From: Thalia democratica
Lineage: Eukaryota
DNA length: 64,000 bases
Assembly (NCBI GenBank): GCA_965202585.1
Contig: OZ241833.1
Location: 17,794,001-17,858,000 of the forward strand
Reading direction: 5' to 3'
A program made the position numbers and the translations under genes. Shown piece by piece: positions 11,608 through 25,908 of this stretch (positions within the stretch are counted from its first letter, which is position 1; each line of letters opens with the position of its first letter). The notes under the pieces were generated by a model. That model was not told the DNA's origin and made no database searches. It was given only the letters and a program-made list of their open reading frames with translations.

Positions 11608-14600
11608 GTTCAAAGCTTTTTAACAGTTTGCGCATCCTGTTTGTATATTTTTAAAACTTTTAAAAGTATATTTTGCATGAAATGATCTTTTAAAATAAAG
11701 TATACTATAAATTATGAAGCATGAAGTATATTTAACAAGTTATTATACATTTATTGCTTTTTGAAAAAAGCTTAAAAAGTTATTAAAAGCTTGTTGTAAA
11801 AGGTCAAATATAAGTTTGTAACTAAATAGTAGTTTACCCATTAATTAGCGTACAATATAATTTAGAAAATTTTTATTGATGTCTTTAAAATTCTAGACTT
11901 AATTATCTTAAACTGCTTAAACTATTTACTTACTTGATATGATAATAATATATTGTAAAAAGGTAGTAATTTAACTTAACTAGGTCGATTATTATTTTTC
12001 TTGTAATTATCACAATACAAAAAAAATGACACTAAACTTCGGTTTTTTAAATATTTCAATTGTTATAAATATTAATAGTTTTTGTAAAATGCTACAATAT
12101 AATGCTTCACATTTATTAAAACATTAACTTTAATAGAATTTTGTCTGTTTGGTCATCAATATGTTTCAAACAATATTCAAACGACTAACATTTAAATACA
12201 GATGTGTGAAAAATGTATATAGGCGAATAGCTACCTTATATCTGAGTTTGCGAAAGTTTAAATATATGCATAAAAATCTAATGTTTCAAAAAAAAATATG
12301 TTTCATGTAACACACAGAATCTGTTTAAATTCAATTTTAGATCATAAATTACTCGCTCAATTTATTTTTACGTAGATAAACTTGGAACTTAAATTTAGAA
12401 CTTGATTTTTATTACAACTAGTTTAAAAAATTCAAATTAATTATAATACTGTTTTAAACTCAAATTTAAGTTTATATTTATTTTAAAAAACATATTAACT
12501 CGATAATTTTTTTAATTTAACAAAGAAGATAAACGCCTGCTAACAATATAACTACTGAATCACTAGTTTTTCGAGAAATAAAATAAATCTGCAATTATAC
12601 AGTACAGATAAGTTTTCAAAGTAACAAATTATTTCTAGATAGGTTTTAGAAAAATAGAAGACTGCTTTTAGTAAAATTTTCTCGGTTAAGCAATAGTTTC
12701 AGACAAGTGATATTACTTTGTTTACTCTTTTTCATCCGATTTAAAATTCGTTATTTTTGGTAAGATTCTGTTTTTAAACTTTTATACCTTATAAATTTTA
12801 CAATGTAAAACCAAAATGTCGACTGTGACTTGAAATTTGTTTTCGTTTTCAAAGTTTTGTTTCGAGTAAACATTGAACTCTCCTGAGAAACTACATTCAC
12901 TTTTTGACATAAATTTTCACGCCCTACAGTGCGCAGGAAACATTTTACGTATTACAAATTTATGTAAATAAACATTGTTTTCACTACTGGTTAAGTTCCG
13001 TCAGTGTTACTTAAAACTTTTAAATACTATATTGAAACTTTAAAAGTTTAGTTTTGATTACTAGTATTTTAAATTATTGTAACTTAATAACAAAATGTCG
13101 TTTAAATAGCAAAGGTAATAAAATGTAAGTTAACGAAAAACTTTACTCTAACTGAATGAGCCTTTTAATTTTTTTAATCCGTTCTATGACGAAATTTGCT
13201 TAATTTATAATGTTATAAAAATTGTTTTTTATTAAAAAAAATATTATAGACTAAATCTAATTTATAATAACTATTTTTCTATACTACTTGACCCTAAAAT
13301 GTTCTGATGATCTAACTTATAACATAAAAATTACTAAAATAATAAACTATTTAGATTTAGAATCTATCTGTCTGTTATCTACAAAAACTAAGAAAACGGT
13401 GATTTAGTTTGAACTTTTTTGACTTGTTATTTATAATTTTCATTTAATTTTGTTTTTAAGTTCACTTGATATAAATTTGTTCCTAATATTTATCTTGTTA
13501 TAAAATTACTAAGGCAACTTCCTTTTACTAAAATCTACTCTATGGTAAAACTTATTTATATAATAAAAAACCATAAAGACCAATTTAGTGGAAAATAAAA
13601 ATAAATAAATAAAAACCTACATAAGTTAATAAAGAAGTTTTAGTCTGTTTCATCGTCGTAGTTTGGAAAATTTAATTTAGATTAAATAAATGTTTTAGCA
13701 CTTTTTATAATCTAAATTAACAAAAAAAAACTAAGACAATTAAGAATAAAGCAAAAAGTTTAAATAGCAAATAAGAAAACTCCAACTTTAAAAAAAAAAT
13801 TTATGCTTAAAGTGTAAGTTAAGGTAAAAAATACAATAGGTATTTTATCATAGAATCAGTTTTAGTACTTATAAAGGTAAATTGATTTGTTGTTTCGATA
13901 ACTTTTGTAAGTTAGAAATTTTTGCATATTATTACTTTAAAGAAACCATATAGGTAAGCTTTAAGCAGAGATAGATAAAAAACTCTAAAAGTTACTTAAG
14001 TCGAGTTTATTTTAATCTTTAGCTGTTCATGAAAAAATTAAACATTTAAATTAACTTGTTAAATTTCATTAAACTTCAAATTGCTAAAAATCGTTTACTA
14101 AGTTTAGGATATCACATTTAAGTATATTTATTTTTTGTAGTTTTTTTTGTTTCGTTACTAGTATTAATTATAAGTTATTACAAACTGTACCTAAAGAACA
14201 ATTACATGGTAGTTATGTATAAATTGTTTTACACATTTGTTTTATCTTTTTATTAGTAGCTTTTAACGATATTTATAATTTGTCTTTATTCACTTATAAG
14301 ATTAATCTTTGACAACCGATATTTTTAAGCTCTCATAATTGTTTTTACTTCAAGACATAATTGATACAAACTTTAAATTATGTCTTTTGCTGGGTATAAT
14401 TATCTAATTTATTTTATTTTATTAAGCCATGCCTGGGGGAAACATCATTCACACTTGCATATCAATTATGCTGCGCTAGTTTGTTAAATTTTTATTTTTT
14501 AATAAGAAAATATGTCATTAATGCATAAAAATTGCTACAACGTACATGAGAAGTAGTATATTTAAATTAGTAAAAATAACTAAAATTCCTAACTTAACTT

Positions 14601-15608
14601 CTATAAATTATCTTGTCTTTATAGAGTTTATGTTATTTTGAATTTTTTAGCAAAACAACAAAAAAAAAAAAACACTAACTGTACTTCACATTAAAATTGC
14701 TTGTTTTAATTCATCAAATTATAGTTTAAAAGTTTCAACTGATATAACTTTAAAAAGGTTATATTAAACTATACGATTTTTACCTATATTCAATGTAATG
14801 TGTATATATAACATACATACTATACTTTTTTCTTGATGCAAAAAATTTTTGTTTTATATAACTACCTTTATCCTAATTGTTCTTAAACATAATGGTATCC
14901 ATAAGTTTTAAATATCTCATTTATTTAAAATTATTCCATTAAGTAAACATTGGTAAGCACTTTTGACAGCTTTTATTTTACATATGTATTTTATAAAGTG
15001 CAAAAGAATAAATCAAACTTTTGCCTTTTTAATATAAAAGAAACAGAGCAAGTTCAACAACTACTGATGAAATAAGTTTTAGAAAATGTATTTGGAGTAC
15101 TATCAAATATAACAAGTATAAATTTGTTTTTTGTTGTTGTTACATGATATTTAGAAAAAAATCTAACTTAAACTAATAAGAATATTGTTATTTGTAAGAT
15201 TTTACCTTTTTTAAATGGAAAAAGTTTGTATATTTATAAATTAAGTTAAAAATTAGCCACTTGATTTCACTGCTTAAAAAAGCTTTTTGTAAAATAACTG
15301 CGAGCCGAAAAAACTCAGTTTTTATAGTAAAAGTAAAGAATTTAGTTTTGAAAAATTAAAAAAAAATATTTAAAAACCTAATAATTACAATGATTTTTAT
15401 GTATACATATTATTAAATGTTTATTAGATATTACTCAATTATAAATTATTTGAAAAAGTTCCTTTTAATATTAAATTACCTCCTCTATGAAAAAACCTTT
15501 TTAACTCCTCTATAAAAAAACTTCAATTTTTTTTTAATGTGCCTATGTTAGCTTTAATTGAAAAAAACATAAGCGAAAGTCTGCAGAGCTATGCCGTGAG
15601 ACAGTCTC

Positions 15609-15845
15609 AAGTTAACAAAAAGTTTGACCATACCAATTCGATCAGCAGACCACAAGCCTTTGGTAGAACTTACGTCACTGGTCAATACCAGCAAACAGTC
15701 AATTCATGTCTTACAATATAAACCGTTTGTAGATTGTTGACTATATGTTTTTCAGTTGTGACTGACTAAAGAGTCCTAATCAGTGCGAAACCGGTCTCTA
15801 TCTACCGAAAGCTTGTGGTCTGATGATCAAACTTTTTGTTAACTT
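15609..15845. repeat. ~235-bp element with ~45-bp terminal inverted repeats and internal hammerhead-like motif
   Basis: GTTAACAAAAAGTTTGA (15611) is the exact reverse complement of TCAAACTTTTTGTTAAC ending at 15843. GATCAGCAGACCACAAGCCTTTGGTAGA pairs with TCTACCGAAAGCTTGTGGTCTGATGATC with 3 mismatches; the left arm has a ~12-nt insertion. Confidence 0.85.
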
Positions 15846-18800
15846 TTGTTAGCCTTATTATTTTATTAAACCATCATATAAACTTTATACCATTTTAAGA
15901 GAACTATAACTATTTCGAAAGGGTAACAACTATACAAAAATAATTATGTTTTTTTAGACCGTATTTTATTTTTGATCTTGATTGTTAAAGACCAACCTTA
16001 AAAAACACAAGTCATAAAAAACATCAGTATGTTATTTCTTAAACACTGTTAATGCTCTTTTTACTCCAGTTCAAAACTGTATAAAGCTTTCCTACGTGAA
16101 CTTTTTCTCATAAATTAGTTGTTTTAGCTGCTAATTCTTCAAGTGATAATAACAGTATATGTAAAGTTGGGGTGTTGTAATAGATTTTTAACAATTGTAA
16201 AATTTTAAATTATTAAACCTAAGCAGTTTTGTTTTAATTTTTGTAATATGTTTTACAGAATTTTTATGACAGTCAAAAGCTTATATAAACTTGAATAAAA
16301 TTCTTACCTATCGTTATTCTAATTTTTATGCCTTAATAATACTTTGTATTTTTTTAACATTATAAAAGTTACTAGCTATTAAAATTAAGACATTTACATT
16401 GCACTTGTTTAATAGTAAAGTATTGATACATGGTGGCATTGTACGTACTTTTGTATTTTGTTATGCTGCATGAGACTAAACGTATCCTTTTGAAATTAGG
16501 AACTATTTAAAAAAAAATCATTTTCAAAATAATAAACGTACATAAAAATAATGACACAACTTGTTTGTCGAATATTTTTAATGATTTTTTTTTTACAACT
16601 ATACATAAATTTTTGAAGAAGACTATTAAATAAATAAAAACCAGTTTTAACAATAAATAGTTAAATTATTTTTATGAAGATATATAATTATTGTATTTTG
16701 ATAAAAAATTCTTAATAAAAACTTATAAAATGTTGTAAAAACTTCTTTTTTAAGTACAGTAATTTAAAAAATCTAAACCTAACCAATAAATTTTTATAGA
16801 AATATAATTTTTTAAGAAAATTCCGTTTTCTGAAAAATAATTTTCAAAGAATATTAAAATGTTTTTAGTTCTATGAACTTTTACAGATACTCAAAAAAAA
16901 GTTAGTTTTGACTTTTTTAGAGTATATAAAATTCTAGGTTTTGTACAGATTATAGTTAGTAAAAGATGCATTTAAATAACAGACGTCTTCTTAAATATTT
17001 TATTTAATCGTTTCAATTTTATTATTTGTTAATTTTATCTTGAAAATAGTAAATTGTTTAAGTATTCAAGCATTTACCTTTAAAACCACATATAATAAAA
17101 AGTTTTGTTTAGCTTTTACTTATTAAAAGTAAGAATTCAAAAAAAAAAAACTAAAGAGAAATATTTATTTTACTTAAATATACTACTCGTATTTTAATTT
17201 TAATCTATCTTTAAAATAACCATTATCAGTTTTCAAAATAATCTTAACCAAAACTTATGGTAAAAATATCTAAATTCTAGTTTTCATGTATAATGATAAT
17301 TTTCCAAAAAAAAAATTGTATAACTTAATTTATAAATATCAAGTAAAAAAAGTTGTTGTCTAGTTCATTTAACTTATTTGTTTAATCTTTATATTTAAAC
17401 TAACCAACGTGTGTATCTTTCGCAATTATTTTGTTAGATTTCAATCTATAGATATTTATTTTGTTTTTTGTATAACTATACTTTCTGAATGTGCTCTAAG
17501 TTTAATCACTTAATAATTAGTTTTTTTTCAACTTTTTTTAAGTTTTAAATTTAAAATAAACACTTTGTGATATAAAAAATTTTTCTACTAATGTTTCAAA
17601 CAAATTATAAATAAAGTAGTTTACTAAAATAATTTAATTTTTGAAAACAGTGATACAGGGAGTGTCTAAGAATTTTTTTAAGAAAATAGATCTCATGTGA
17701 TTAGTTAATGCTTGCTGATAAACTTGTTTTTCAGCGTTCTGTTTTTTGTAAGTAGTGCATAAATTATCTTTTGTTTTATATTTCAAGAATATTTAAATAC
17801 CAACTTAGTGTTTTACGCAACGTTAAGAAAAAAAAAATATTGTTATATCTTTTAAACATGCATTAAGAGAAAATAAATATGCTACTTATTTTTTAAAAGT
17901 GTATACACATTTTGTAATTCCTAAAACATTCAACAAATATAAATTTTCTAAATCATAATAATTTTAAACTTCAGCTTGACTACAATTGTAATACTAGTAC
18001 ATAATAGTAAAAAATGTTAACATAACCAAACTAGAACATAGAGCTACTTTAATTTTCTATAGAAAAAAGCTAATAAAAAAATCTAAACTTGCTGAGAATA
18101 TTTTGCAAAAGTTAACAAAAAACTAGACAGAAGAAATCAAACTGGTCTGAGTGCCATTTGAGCTAAATTAAAATAGTTTAAAAACTTCCAAGGAAAACAT
18201 TTAACCAAACACGTCTTTTACCACATTAAGTTTGGAGAAACTTCTTTAGCTGTAATTATCCTTGATTAATTGTATGTGCTTTTTATGTTATACAATTTTA
18301 TGGTTGGATTTTATAAAAGCGTTTATCAAATAATCTTTTTTATTTTGTCATGTTAACAATATTTGATTACTTTTATAAAAACTAAAGTATTTACTTACTG
18401 AAAATACCTATCTTAATAAATAGATAAAAAGTTCTAAAATAAAAAGTTTCTAAAGCAAATTTTATAACTAAACAATAAAAAAGAAAGGCTTAAATTATGC
18501 AAGTTATCTTTAAGGTTGAAAAATTGTTTTGATAACAAATAAAAAAATATTTAAAACAGAAATATAGATAATATACGTGATAAATTTGCATATGATATGG
18601 TAAACTTTTTCTTTGTTCATGCTTTCTTAAAACACTTAGTTTGAGTTTTACCATTAGACTTAAGTCTATATAACGTATTTAAAAATTCAACAAAATATCT
18701 CAGTAAATACTTCGTTGGTTTTTACAGTTCTTTTTAAAAGTTATTTTGCTTTAAAGTAAGTTGTTAATTTTTTTTATAATCCTAGTCCAGTAAGCTTTTA

Positions 18801-20878
18801 GTTTTATAAGTAAATCAATAAAGTATGTCAACAAAATAAGTACTAAAATAAAACACTTAACAGTAAGATAGTTAGTAAAACCTTTCTCTTGATAAGTTTT
18901 TTTATAACTATTTGTTGCTAAGCTTTTGTCCTTTACCTAAATACTCAAAACTAGAAATACTTTTTTTTTTTAAATATAAAACATTCGCAAAATGAACTAT
19001 TATTTTTAAAATAAAGATACTAAAAGATACTAAAGTTGTTGTTTACTAAACTTTATTCTCATAACAAAATATTAAGCTTAATAACAACTTTAAAAAAAAT
19101 AAAAAGTATTTTATTATAATTTGTGTTAATTTACTAAAGTTTAAGCTAAAAACTATATGTAATCAACTGTCTAATACTTTTTGTATGGTTTAGGATTTTA
19201 AAATTCTAAACTTCTCCTAAAATTTTCAGCTTTTACGTATACAATGTGTCCTAACTTATAAAAAATGTCTTAATTTTATTTTTAGTATGAGTTTTTACGT
19301 AAAAAAAACCTATTTACACATATTTGCTTAATATTCAATATGTAAAAAGTGCCAAAGTTAAATACGGTGATTGTAGCAAGAAAATTATTTGTAATTAAAC
19401 CAACAAGTATCTTAATAAGTTCAAATTTGTAACGTTCTAAACTATTAATTTTACATTGTCATTCACATTCTAAATATCGTTGTTACGATGTAAAATAAAC
19501 AATTAATTTTAGTAAATATCAGCATGCTGCAAACTCTCTTTATAAAATTATGATATGAAGTAGTAAACCAAATAAAATAGAAGTAACTGACTGAAAAGGC
19601 AGTCGTGTAACGCTTTACTATCAAAAAAAAACTTAAATGTACAAACCAAATGTATAAACAAAAATAATTTATTTCAGCTAATAATTTATGTATTGGGAGT
19701 GTTTTAATGTTTTTTCTTTCTTAGTAACAAATAAATAAAACTTTATTAGAACCTAGTTTCGATAATAAAGAAATTAACCGTAGTTTTTTTGCAAGAATTT
19801 TAAAACTTAATCAGTTCTAGAAGTGAATTTTGAATGTTATTAAATGTTGTATCCAACTGCTACTACAACTGCTAATATTTCAGGCATCGAAAGTATAAAC
19901 TTATCGCTGCAATTAAAGTTATAAAATAGAAAAGTATAACTAAAAGAGAGTATTTTATTAGCGTTATAAAATGTAAAATATAAAATAACTTCTAAAGTTA
20001 TGTTAAACCTTTTTATTTTTTAATTTTACTGTTGTAAAATAAAACTACTACATTTTAACAACAGTAACAATTAAAAAAAAATATTTTCTGACGAAACTTT
20101 GCAAAAACTTAAAAAATTAATATAAATAATACTATAAACATGTTTTTTTTAAATATTGTCTGATAAAGTTCTCACGTAATTGGTGGTATGAAATAGTATA
20201 ATTTTAGTTTATATATTATACAAAGGAAAAAACCTGCTAAATTTTAAAATTAGTTTGATAAAAACAATAAAATGCCAATCAAAACTCTACGATTTTTACT
20301 TTAAGTAAAAATAATATGCAAATACTTTATATTATTCAAAAACCTTATGGTGTAGAATAAACTTAAATCAAAGTACTATATATTTACAAGCACATAAAAG
20401 TTTTATCAAAACTTTAAAGAAATCAAACATCTAGTAGTGAAACTTATTATTGTTTACAACCAACCTACGAAGGTTTAATTTTTTCGTTATCAGGTGTATT
20501 TTAGTAAAGATTATACAGTACATATGAGTAAAAAAAACAGTATTTTTAGTACACATAGGAATTAGATTATAAATGGGTAATTTACGGTCCGCTAGACTAA
20601 AAATTTGGCATGTAACATGATTTTTGATTGATAACTAATTATAAAAAACAAGTGAAAATTAGCTAATTTCTAGCTAGTTTTATCTATAAAATTTTTTATT
20701 GATCAATAATGGATGGTTGTAAAATAATCGTTAAAGCTTTGCTCTTAATTTTTTCTAAGCTTTTATATTGTATATTTTTTAAATTACGTTGCCTGCAAAA
20801 ATTATTTTTAACTAAAAAATATATTTTCTTATAAATCTGTCCCGTCGATTAGGAAATTTGCCCACCCATACTTTAGAC

Positions 20879-22053
20879 CAGTGGTCGGCACGGTGTACAC
20901 TGGTGCACACTAGTGTACATGAAATTTCCTTTAGGGTGCACGAGACTTTTGGGGTGCATGAAACTTATTTTGGGGTACATGAATTTTTTTTTCGCGCAGA
21001 AAGTAAATTAAAGTTTTTTTTTAAATCTTTCTACATTTAAGACATATTCAACCTTTATATCTAATTGACCATTTTGTTGTTAATAAATCGACCATTTTTG
21101 TACTCTCCTAGTTCTATTCTGTTACCTTATGTAAATTTCTTCCACCCTTAACTGTTCAAAGAAAACCCGAAGTGAGCAAATCTCATAGATTCTTAAAGCA
21201 AAATAAAACGGTTAGTATTCTATTTATGTTTAATTTTATTAGCTCTTATTGTTTAAAAGCGTTTTGCTACATTAAAAATCACTATTTTAATCAGCTTAAT
21301 CAACTGATATTTGACTAAAAATTAGTTGGCCAAAAAAATTTAATTATGTTTTACTTATAATAAATTTAAAGTATAGTAAGGGTCAATAATATCAGGGCTG
21401 TCACATACATAGCTCTCTAAGAATAATTAAGTCTAGTTTTAAATCATGGAAAACCTAGACCAACTGAGGCTAGTTTTAATATATTTACAAAAACTCAGCT
21501 TGACTGAGACTAATTATAAATTTATTAAAAATCTTGGGTTTATTTTGATATATTTTAAAAATCTTCAACTGTTGCTTTACTTGAAATTTTTTAACTTGTA
21601 ATTAATTATTAATATTTAAATAATTCAAGATCTATAAATGTCTAATTTTCATTGTAATTTAAATTAGTTTTTTGCTTTTACATACCATTCTTTAAGATTA
21701 GCTTGTGTACTAAGTCCAGTCTTTAGTCACTCAGGCTTATTTTCTGACTCAAAAGGAGTTAACATGTAATAGTGTCAAACTTACTTGTTATTATTTAAAT
21801 ACTAAAACTCTGGTTGTTGTAAAAATTTGATCATCGATATTAAAAGTTTATTAAAATGGATAGGGTAAACTGGTAAATTTAAAGTTAGCGTGTAAAAATT
21901 AACTGGGTGTTACCGAATTATTAGTAAAAACACAATTAAAAGTGTTTACATATTCTTAAACACTAGCGGCGCTAAAGAATGCAAATTGGGGTGCATAGAA
22001 TTTTAATTTTGTGATTTTGGGTTCACGGATTCGAAATAGCGTGCCGACCACTG
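20879..22053. mobile_element. Non-autonomous hAT (Buster/Charlie-type) element, 1175 bp
   Basis: TIRs CAGTGGTCGGCAC...GTGCCGACCACTG; perfect 8-bp TSD CTTTAGAC (20871-20878 and 22054-22061) with central TA, the Buster-type target. Confidence 0.95.
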
Positions 22054-23847
22054 CTTTAGACCCTAAACTTATAAAATATAAACCAGTTTTTTTTTTGCTA
22101 CTAATAAACTCAAAACTTTAAAAATATTTTTAATGTTAGTTTGGAAATGAATTATTTTTGATTATCGTTTAGGTATAAAAACACTAGTATAAATACTAAA
22201 AATTTTATGTATTTTAATTTTGTAGTTTCGCTTAAAATATTTTCTTATGTTTTCAAGCATATACTTTAGATCAAATATTGATAAACTATGAAGAAAAACT
22301 GTATAAGTATTCAAAGCTTAAAGTTAATCGTTTGCTAATAGAGGTCCTAGCGAAGCAAGTTCACTCAATTGTGTAATAAGAAATTCTCACAGTACTCTTT
22401 ATCTATTAAGCTAATATATATTTCTGTGTGTTAACAACTTAACACATTTCAAGGGAACTATGAAAGTCTAAGAGGCAATCTGTTTTCAAGAAAAAACTGT
22501 TATTTAAGTTTGGTCTAAAAACATTATTTTTAAAAAATGCTTCATTTGTTTTTTATTTTAATATTTTAGTGATAGAAACTATTAAATTTACTTTTAGTGT
22601 ATAAAAATTTGTGTTGTATCTAAGAAACTCTATGAACAAAAATAAAAATTTTAATTTACCATTATATTAAACAACGAGTGCTAAACCTTTAAAACTTAAA
22701 CAAATTTTTGATTTTTTAACAGAGTAGACAATAAAAACTATTTCGTATGCTACTTAAAAACTACTTTTTTTAAAAGTAAACTATTTTTTTTTAAAGAGTT
22801 TACTTAAATTTTGAATTTAAATACTTAATTTCAAAAAGTCAAACAGTTTTTATATAAAGTATAAAACTTAAAACTTACTCCCAAAATCAAAAATTGCAAA
22901 GATTTTAACTAATACAGAATGGTAATCAGATCTAAAATAGACTATTAAAAATAACTTAAGTTTGTTAATTTTACTTTAAATTGATAAGTTTGTAGGATTT
23001 CAAGTATTTTAAAAAAAGAGCTGTTTAATAACCCTAACAATTAAAAGACTGCAAACTCAATTACGATAGTTGTTAATTAAAGCCTTAACTTTTAAAACTT
23101 TTATATAGTTTTATCAAACCAATGTTTTAATAAGTTATCTTAATTACAAGCAAACATACAATGCTATAATACAAACTTAACTACAAGTTAACTTTAAGTC
23201 GGTTTATAATTCATAAAAGTAAAGAAAAAACAGAATTCTAAAAAAAAACTTTATTATTAACAATATAAGCTTTTGATTATGCTTTTGAATTTAGTGTATT
23301 ATAATTAATTTTTGAGCTTACGAACAAATCATAAACAAATCTTAGAATATAAGTTGTTATTAGTTATAAACGTAAAATAAATTAGTACTATATAGAAAAA
23401 AGTGGTGCATAAGTTAAAAGAACATTGTTTTCAAGTTGTTTATAAAGTTATAAACATACATACATAACACAAAAAGTATAAAAGTGAGTACTATAGTAAA
23501 TAAAAAAGTAAAGTTTAAAAACAACTTTAAAACTTAAGCAATTTTAATAATAAATATACAGTAGTTATTTAAAGAATTATGTTTTGCTTTATTATAACTA
23601 GGGACCTTCCGGGGGTTATTTAACCCATAACTTTGAAATGACAAATAAAGATTCTTTTTTTTCGATAAAGATCAAGTTAGATAATATAAGTTTTCAAAGA
23701 ATAGGTTATGCTAAATTATACTTGAAATACAACTTTTTAATTTCCTATTATTATGTTCTAGTTGTTGTTTAGATGAATTTACAAAAATGATTTACAGTTT
23801 AGTCTTTATTTTATTCAACTATGTTATAGAATTGGAAAGAGTAACTT

Positions 23848-24152
23848 ATGGCCGCGGAGTAAAATGATCGGCCCGCCATTTTATGCAAATTTTAAGTGTA
23901 ACCTGGACCGCAAGCATGTAAATCTGGCCCACAAAGTTATTTTTGTAATTTGAATTTAGTATTCTAGGATTTGAATGAAGAAATTAGGGTCTCAGATAAA
24001 TTTATTAAAGATCTAAAACTTAACAAAAAATATTCTGTTAGAATTAGTATTTTGTAAAATTTAACTGAATATTAGAGTAATTTTCGTGACTAATCGATAT
24101 TGAAGTGCTCCGGCCTACCAAGGACTAAATTTCCACAACTAGCCTGCCGACT
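23848..24152. mobile_element. Degenerate Charlie/Buster-like hAT MITE remnant
   Basis: GGCCCGC-rich subterminal motifs and a GCCTGCCGACTA right end; shares AACCTG..CCGC.AGCATG.AAAT.TGGCCC.CAAA with the copy at 56791-57101. No TSD recovered. Confidence 0.6.
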
Positions 24153-24479
24153 AAAAACGATGCCCACCTTTATACTACTGGAAATGTAAGTAGTGTAATA
24201 AAAAATTTATGTTTAAGTATATTTTTTATAAAGTATAGAAAAATTGGCTGATTCTGGATTACAAATTAATATTAAAATTTAAAATAGTACATTACGGTTG
24301 CCAGAATAAAAGCTGATGTGCCAAAATAAAGTTGAACACTTTATAAACGTTTGTTTTTTTCAAAATTAAATGTCATGTTCAAATAGTATATTTTAAATAA
24401 TATTAAAATTTATTTTGTTGAATTTAATTGAAATGGTAACTCTGTACAACAGAGTTAAGTATGTTGTTGTGTTATGGAA

Positions 24480-25115
24480 AGAAGGGGATAATGACTACTA
24501 ATCAATCAGCAAAGATTTATAAAACCTTTAACATTAATATTAAACCGGCCTACACCAGCAAAAAAGTTTCTGACTACTTCAGCTACAAAAGTAAATGCTC
24601 GGAAGTATTTGACGCAAATGTTATTTATAAATATACCTGCTCTGCAGATCAGAGCATCTCTTACATTGGAGAAACATCACGGCAAATATTCTGACGAATT
24701 ACAGACCACTGCAGAACAGATAAAAACAGCGCGATATTTGAACATCTTTTCAATTGCACACCCTGTCAAAACTCTGACATTGTTCAAAATTAAAAAGTAA
24801 GGATGTAAGCAAAACGAACTCTACAGCCTGGAATCAATATTGATTGAGAAAGAGCGACCTAATTTAAATACGCAAGTAGCATTAATTGGAAAAACAAAAT
24901 TATTAACAATCTACAATAAACATACCTTTAGTTTTTAATTGCTAAATCTCTAATTTTTGTAATTTTTGTATTTTTCAATTTATTTATACGTCATGATTCA
25001 AAGTTATTATTTGAGCCGTTCACTTAAAAAATTTATTTTTCAAATTTCATTTAAAATTTATTACTTGAGAATGAAACTCGTATGGTTTTGAAAAGCTTTG
25101 TGTAATAAAATATAA
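24480..25115 (+). mobile_element. 5'-truncated, decayed Penelope-like retroelement (GIY-YIG endonuclease plus 3' end)
   Basis: ...DANVIYKYTCSADQSISYIGETSRQIF*RITDHCRTDKNSAIFEHLFNCTPC...LESILIEKERPNLNTQ with a stop and a frameshift; 3' end CTTGAGAATG-AAAC..GTTT-TGAAAAGCTTT resembles a pLTR hammerhead-like motif. Confidence 0.9.
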
Positions 25116-25167
25116 AAAACAAAATGAATAATCTATTGATATTAAGTTGAAATGGTATATAAATACA

Positions 25168-25908
25168 ATTAACAATATATTACATATTTAAGAATGTTGT
25201 ATAACCCTTAAAATCATACATCAAAAATTCAAAAGTTTATTTATATAACTTTATGCTTGTTCTTTTGGAATTATTCTTATACATTATTGAAAATATTTGA
25301 AAGTTGTCAAATTTAAAACTCAGAATTTAATTGGCGCGCACCTAAGTTAAATTTTCAATATGCTAGATAAATTAAATTTATTTACTGTACGCTATATATT
25401 TAATGATATTAAAGATTAATTTAGTAAAGCTTTGAAGTTTATCACATTTTTTATTAACACTACTTAAAACAATTATTGTTTTTTGATGTTATGCTACGAA
25501 AATTTATCTGCTCGGTTGGCCTGTTTTTAATCTTATCTAACATGGATAGATAGTTTTAGTCCGGATTTTATAACATAAAAATTCACTGATTAAATTTTAC
25601 AAAATATGCGGTTTAAAGTCGTAAACATTTTATAACGGTTTCGAAATAAGGTAGGAGCTCATTCAATTGTACGTACTACTAAGCGAATGAGTGTTATTTT
25701 TATTTATTTAATGATTGACTTTTTAGATCTAAATAAATGATTTATTTAATTAAGTTACTTAAAATTCAGACACTTGTAAGCAAAAATATTCTATTTTAAG
25801 ACTTAGTGAGTTAAACATAGTGTTTAGGTTTGTGCTTTAGAAATATGTTTTGTCTAGTTTGGTTTGCATAAGAAAGCTTTAAGATATTACAAAACTAATG
25901 TATTATAA
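25168..25908 (+). repeat. Copy 1 of ~740-bp direct duplication
   Basis: Near-identical along its length to 27166-27912 (scattered substitutions, small indels); boundaries approximate. Confidence 0.93.

Noticed and set aside
9463-11685. Six plus-strand ORFs of 69-138 aa
   Set aside because: Antisense shadows of the long GC-richer kinase exon; no motifs.
17650-23720. Tc1/mariner-like end fragments (TACAGGGAGTGTC at ~17654, TATACAATGTGTCC at ~19240, AGGGACCTTCCGGGG at ~23600)
   Set aside because: No matching partner TIR or TSD could be paired, so no element can be delimited.
24692-24694. In-frame TGA in the PLE endonuclease as possible selenocysteine (some Naiad PLEs encode Sec)
   Set aside because: The position corresponds to Arg in RQIF-R-RI, so CGA-to-TGA CpG decay explains it; the element is also frameshifted. 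The Cys codons in the larger PLE's CNC linker are ordinary TGC.
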